DNA from: a virus
Lineage: Duplodnaviria; Caudoviricetes
DNA length: 37,383 nucleotides
Reading direction: 5' to 3' (one strand)
Virus record (IMG/VR): IMGVR_UViG_3300030376_006832
Span: 1 to 37,383 of that record
The notes under the pieces were generated by a model. The model was not told the origin of the DNA. It worked only from the letters and a program-made list of their open reading frames with translations, and did not search any database. Both the position numbers and the translations under genes were made by a program. This document shows positions 33,978 to 37,383 of the stretch, one piece after another. Numbering within the stretch: position 1 is the stretch's first letter; the number at the start of each line of letters is the position of its first letter.

Positions 33978-34748
33978 TTAAATTACGTGTTTCATTAATT
34001 TATCTGCATAGCCTTCTGTAATATTATGATCGTATACACCATCAAAGAGTTGAAATTTAGTTAAAGCTTTACATCTACCTCGTACAGAATCTTTAAACTT
34101 TTGCCAAAATGTTAGTGTTCTAATATTTCCGTAATAGTTTATATAATGTAATTCTCCGTGATGTCTAAACCCCATCAGCCAGAATGGGACGGTTGGAACT
34201 ACATCGTTATTGTTTTGATAGCGATGGTGTTCTACATCACAGCTATCAACAAATACTGAACCTCCAACTCTCGGAGATCCGTACGTATATAAAATTGGTA
34301 CAGAATCTCTTAGACGATATGCACAAAGTGTTGCCATGGCTCCACCTAAACTATGTCCACAAACCCATATCTGGTGATCAGGCTTATCATCTAATTCGTC
34401 TTTAATATAATTCCATAGCTTATTGATTTCTCGTAAAAAACCAAGATGCACTCTTCCTTCACTACTTGATTTTCTTTTCAAAGCTAGTAAATCTGCTTTT
34501 ACATCAGACCATTGTTTTGGTTCTGTTCCTCTGAAAGCTACAACTATGTCATTGTCATCGTGGAATATATGACATTGAGCTCCATCAACATCTAAAAATT
34601 TATGCTCATCAAACCCTAAAGCTTTTATATGTGGATTTGCCTGTTCCCAGTCTAAATACGCTAATGCAGATACTTCGGCAAAAAAGTAACCGCAAAAAGA
34701 TTCATCATCGAAATCTATTTTTTCGCATCTTTGAAACCAATTTCTCAT
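33978..34748 (-). CDS. Lipase class 3 (alpha/beta hydrolase)
   Basis: VAFRGT, VHLGF, GHSLGGA, YTYGSPRVG, NNNDVVP, DH. Confidence 0.92.
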   Translation of the reverse strand: MRNWFQRCEKIDFDDESFCGYFFAEVSALAYLDWEQANPHIKALGFDEHKFLDVDGAQCHIFHDDNDIVVAFRGTEPKQWSDVKADLLALKRKSSSEGRVHLGFLREINKLWNYIKDELDDKPDHQIWVCGHSLGGAMATLCAYRLRDSVPILYTYGSPRVGGSVFVDSCDVEHHRYQNNNDVVPTVPFWLMGFRHHGELHYINYYGNIRTLTFWQKFKDSVRGRCKALTKFQLFDGVYDHNITEGYADKLMKHVI

Positions 34749-35152
34749 TCTAGTGTCTCCTCTACTATGATGTTATCAGGTTCTTTTTTCACTGACTTCT
34801 CATAGTAAAGGATAATTTGGTTTTGTGTTTCTATAAACTTTTTAATCTGCTCAAAGTTTAACGCCAATGACTCAAAGCTTTGAGCCGTCATAGCATATAA
34901 CACAAATTCACCTTGTGTATTTTTTACTCTATTTATAACTTCTTCTAAGTTACTTTCAGTAACCACGATAATATCTGAGTTCTTCATCTTAATCGGTGAA
35001 GGACGTGATACAATCCTGATCTGAGGTAGTTCTATCTTCGGTGTTTCAACAACAGTTGGTACCGTTACGATTTCTTTTTCACTGCTGCGGCTGCACGCAT
35101 TTACTGTCAGAGACGCAATCAATAGCGCCAAAAAATAGATCGACTTCTTCAT
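34745..35152 (-). CDS. Probable o-spanin lipoprotein
   Basis: Signal peptide ending TVNA-C, Pro-rich segment; overlaps the upstream TM/coiled-coil gene by 74 nt. Confidence 0.65.
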   Translation of the reverse strand: MKKSIYFLALLIASLTVNACSRSSEKEIVTVPTVVETPKIELPQIRIVSRPSPIKMKNSDIIVVTESNLEEVINRVKNTQGEFVLYAMTAQSFESLALNFEQIKKFIETQNQIILYYEKSVKKEPDNIIVEETLE

Positions 35153-35510
35153 TTATGGTATCCTCTGTTGCTTGTGGATCTGCAAGACTATTCTTAATTA
35201 TATCATTTTCTGCCAACAACTGCGTTATTACTTTATTATTAGCTTTTACTTTTTCTAAGTTACTACTTAACTGGTCATTTAACTTTTGTTGTTTCTCAAG
35301 TTCTTTCTTAAATCTATCTATCTCTTCTTTTACATTGTCACGATACTGCTCAAACTCAACAACTGTTTGTTTATGAGCTGTCTCTAACTTTGCGTTATTT
35401 GCTGTAAGGATTGCTATACGCTCTTGAGTAGATGCGTAGTATTGATAGACTAAGTAACCAACGCCACTTAACACACATAACAATAATAATATAGGATATA
35501 GTCTAGCCAC
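35079..35510 (-). CDS. Probable i-spanin
   Basis: N-terminal TM helix, long coiled coil, C-terminal Cys pair. Confidence 0.65.
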   Translation of the reverse strand: MARLYPILLLLCVLSGVGYLVYQYYASTQERIAILTANNAKLETAHKQTVVEFEQYRDNVKEEIDRFKKELEKQQKLNDQLSSNLEKVKANNKVITQLLAENDIIKNSLADPQATEDTINEEVDLFFGAIDCVSDSKCVQPQQ

Positions 35511-36165
35511 CGTTATCTGTCATATATTTTCTAAATCTTGCTAACAAAACAGGAGATTTTCTTTTATTAAAACGATTATCAGTCATCTTAATTTCCATTC
35601 CCTTTTTTCGTCTGTAGATATGTGTTGGCATTCTACCCATTGCTGTCACAGCAGGATTTGGTATGGATGCAGTAGTTGTTGCAGAAGCTATATCTTCTTT
35701 TTGTGTTAATCGTTTTTTAAGTTTTTTAACACCTTTCTTAACGGTGTTATAAGCTGATGATGCAGCTGCTCCGATTGGTGCGCCACTACCTCTACTTACA
35801 ACTTTAGCAATTGCAGGTGCTGCTCTTAATGCAAGACCAACTGCAGGAAATGCCTCTCCTACACTTTCACCTTGAGCTCTTCTAATTGCATCAGCTGTAG
35901 GTGCACCTTTCTCACCTTTCTTACGCATCTTTTCCCCGCGTTTACGTTTAGCATGTATATTAGCCCATAGACCACGACCTTCTACAATCTCATCAACCTT
36001 TGCATGAGTTAACCATACTCTGCCATCAGTTTTTTGATTAAGTTCTAACATCTCATCTTTTGTGCCAGTAGCTACGACTTTTCTTCCAGCCACTAACGCG
36101 TAGTGCGGATTTCTACCACCGGTTATGGCATCTTGACCAACTTTTATTGTTCTAATCTTTGTCAT
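35503..36165 (-). CDS. Hypothetical basic protein, possibly head-packaged
   Basis: Modular, with GLWANIHAKRKRGEKMRKKGEKGAP segment and E-flanked junctions (IVE-G, GES-VGE, QKE-D). Confidence 0.65.
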   Translation of the reverse strand: MTKIRTIKVGQDAITGGRNPHYALVAGRKVVATGTKDEMLELNQKTDGRVWLTHAKVDEIVEGRGLWANIHAKRKRGEKMRKKGEKGAPTADAIRRAQGESVGEAFPAVGLALRAAPAIAKVVSRGSGAPIGAAASSAYNTVKKGVKKLKKRLTQKEDIASATTTASIPNPAVTAMGRMPTHIYRRKKGMEIKMTDNRFNKRKSPVLLARFRKYMTDNGG

Positions 36166-36749
36166 TTATAGATTTCTCTGTTAGTAATGTATATTGGTTG
36201 GTTAGTTCTCAAATGTGTAGCAGGATACACATCAATTCCAAATAATTTACCAACTGGTCGTGTGTCTTCTTTAATTCTTATCTTATCTTTTGGAAATACC
36301 ATTTCCTCTAAGCTACTATTTAAAAGCTTATACTCTTCTACTTGATAGACACCTGGCGATATAGTACCATCTTCTCTCATAAACCATTGATTTTCTTCTG
36401 ATAAAAAATCTAAATCATTTATATCAACGCTCTCGAGTATCTTTTGAATATCCTTATCTTTTAGTTTACCATTCTCTTTGATAAGATATAATGCAGATAC
36501 AAATCCACCAAGTCTTGAACCACCTCCAGGAATCTTCGATATGAGCCTTTTTATATTAGCACATAGACGAATAAACGGTGTCCATGCATTTTTTTTAGCT
36601 TGTGTATCAACCTTTACTGATTTGATACGTTTGCCATTATCGTCGATAATACCTTCTTTATAAGCATCCCATTCTGGCCACTTTAACACAAGCATTCTGA
36701 TAAATCTAAATGTGTAGACTAAATCGCCTGCTGTCTTTAATAAACTCAT
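36162..36749 (-). CDS. Conserved-looking T4-like hypothetical protein
   Basis: DLVYTFRFIRML...DAYKEGIID..GKR. Confidence 0.75.
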   Translation of the reverse strand: MSLLKTAGDLVYTFRFIRMLVLKWPEWDAYKEGIIDDNGKRIKSVKVDTQAKKNAWTPFIRLCANIKRLISKIPGGGSRLGGFVSALYLIKENGKLKDKDIQKILESVDINDLDFLSEENQWFMREDGTISPGVYQVEEYKLLNSSLEEMVFPKDKIRIKEDTRPVGKLFGIDVYPATHLRTNQPIYITNREIYK

Positions 36750-37114
36750 ATCTTTCTCAACCTATCTACCACTGTTGGATCCATCGTTATGCCTGTCTTT
36801 TGATCCATCGTAATATAGTTTAAGTATATTAAGAATGGCTTTATAACAGGCCAGTGTTTATCGTCTAGCTTCAAGTCAAGTATGTTTAAAGCTGGTTCAT
36901 TTCCAAATGAATTGAATAATACTATAATGTGGTTTAGTATCAATCGTTCCATTAATTCATCATGATCTAAGTATCTATTAACTAATCGTTTGATATACTT
37001 AAATCGCTTTAAATCTTCATAAAACTCTTCAACGTCTGAGAACTGTGGTTTGTAGTAATACTTTGCAGCATACAATAGCACATTCTTCTCGGTTAACTCA
37101 TCAAAAATCATCAT
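36746..37114 (-). CDS. Conserved-looking T4-like hypothetical protein
   Basis: EFYEDLKRFKYIKRL, ERLILNHIIVLFN.FG. Confidence 0.8.
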   Translation of the reverse strand: MMIFDELTEKNVLLYAAKYYYKPQFSDVEEFYEDLKRFKYIKRLVNRYLDHDELMERLILNHIIVLFNSFGNEPALNILDLKLDDKHWPVIKPFLIYLNYITMDQKTGITMDPTVVDRLRKI

Positions 37115-37128
37115 ATAGTTATATATGC

Positions 37129-37383
37129 TTAGCCAGTAATGCCAGCTTCGTTTAACTCTTCAATCAAAGCAGCTTTGCTTTTTCTTCGATCAAGTTCAAT
37201 ACCGTGTTCACGTCCTAAGATTTCGAGTTGCCTCTTATTCATATCTTCAAGGTCATCATGTGTATGAGGAACATCTCCGCCTTCATGATGATGCATAGTT
37301 CCATCTTCATAATGGTGATGATGAGGTTGATCTCCTCGGTCGTGAGAGTGAGTTACTCCATCAGGATGTGTGTGCTCTAACGG
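37129..37383 (-). CDS. C-terminus of His-rich protein with Rho-N/HeH-like module (5' truncated; not in ORF track)
   Basis: ...PLEHTHPDGVTHSHDRGDQPHHHHYEDGTMHHHEGGDVPHTHDDLEDMNKRQLEILGREHGIELDRRKSKAALIEELNEAGITG*. Confidence 0.75.
   Translation of the reverse strand, partial: PLEHTHPDGVTHSHDRGDQPHHHHYEDGTMHHHEGGDVPHTHDDLEDMNKRQLEILGREHGIELDRRKSKAALIEELNEAGITG

Noticed and set aside
80-36663. Short ORF-track entries antisense to or nested in genes (e.g. 80-274, 415-603, 1832-2017, 6671-7015, 8357-8563, 26214-26501, 27265-27549, 32049-32342, 35041-35376)
   Set aside because: They overlap well-supported genes in other frames and lack RBS or recognisable motifs.

Overview
AT-rich segment of a large T4-like (myovirus) bacteriophage genome, most likely marine and possibly infecting an alphaproteobacterium (inference from zf-CHCC, IscA, SleB-type hydrolase, class II RNR and many leaderless genes). 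It runs from the 3' end of a tape-measure/baseplate-hub-like gene through a ~270-nt GC-rich structured non-coding element, gp32 and gp33, and an early region of small ORFs driven by a repeated promoter cassette (AAAAAAAGCATGTACA-N17-TAnAnT, three copies carrying an upstream TGT-N12-ACA palindrome). It continues with a ~14.5-kb LPS/glycan island (about nine glycosyltransferases, split HldE, GalE, DegT), a Cas4-like nuclease, KdsB, glutaredoxin plus NrdJ, and a spanin pair followed by a class-3 lipase. The most striking locus is 7335-8672: late promoter, then a catalytic-core-only Asp/Asn-tRNA-synthetase paralogue with an intrinsic terminator inside its own 5' end, a 20-codon coupled micro-ORF, an aberrant tRNA-Asn(GUU) built on a Leu-type long-variable-arm scaffold with C37, and iscA. 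All family calls come from motif recognition by eye; no searches were run.
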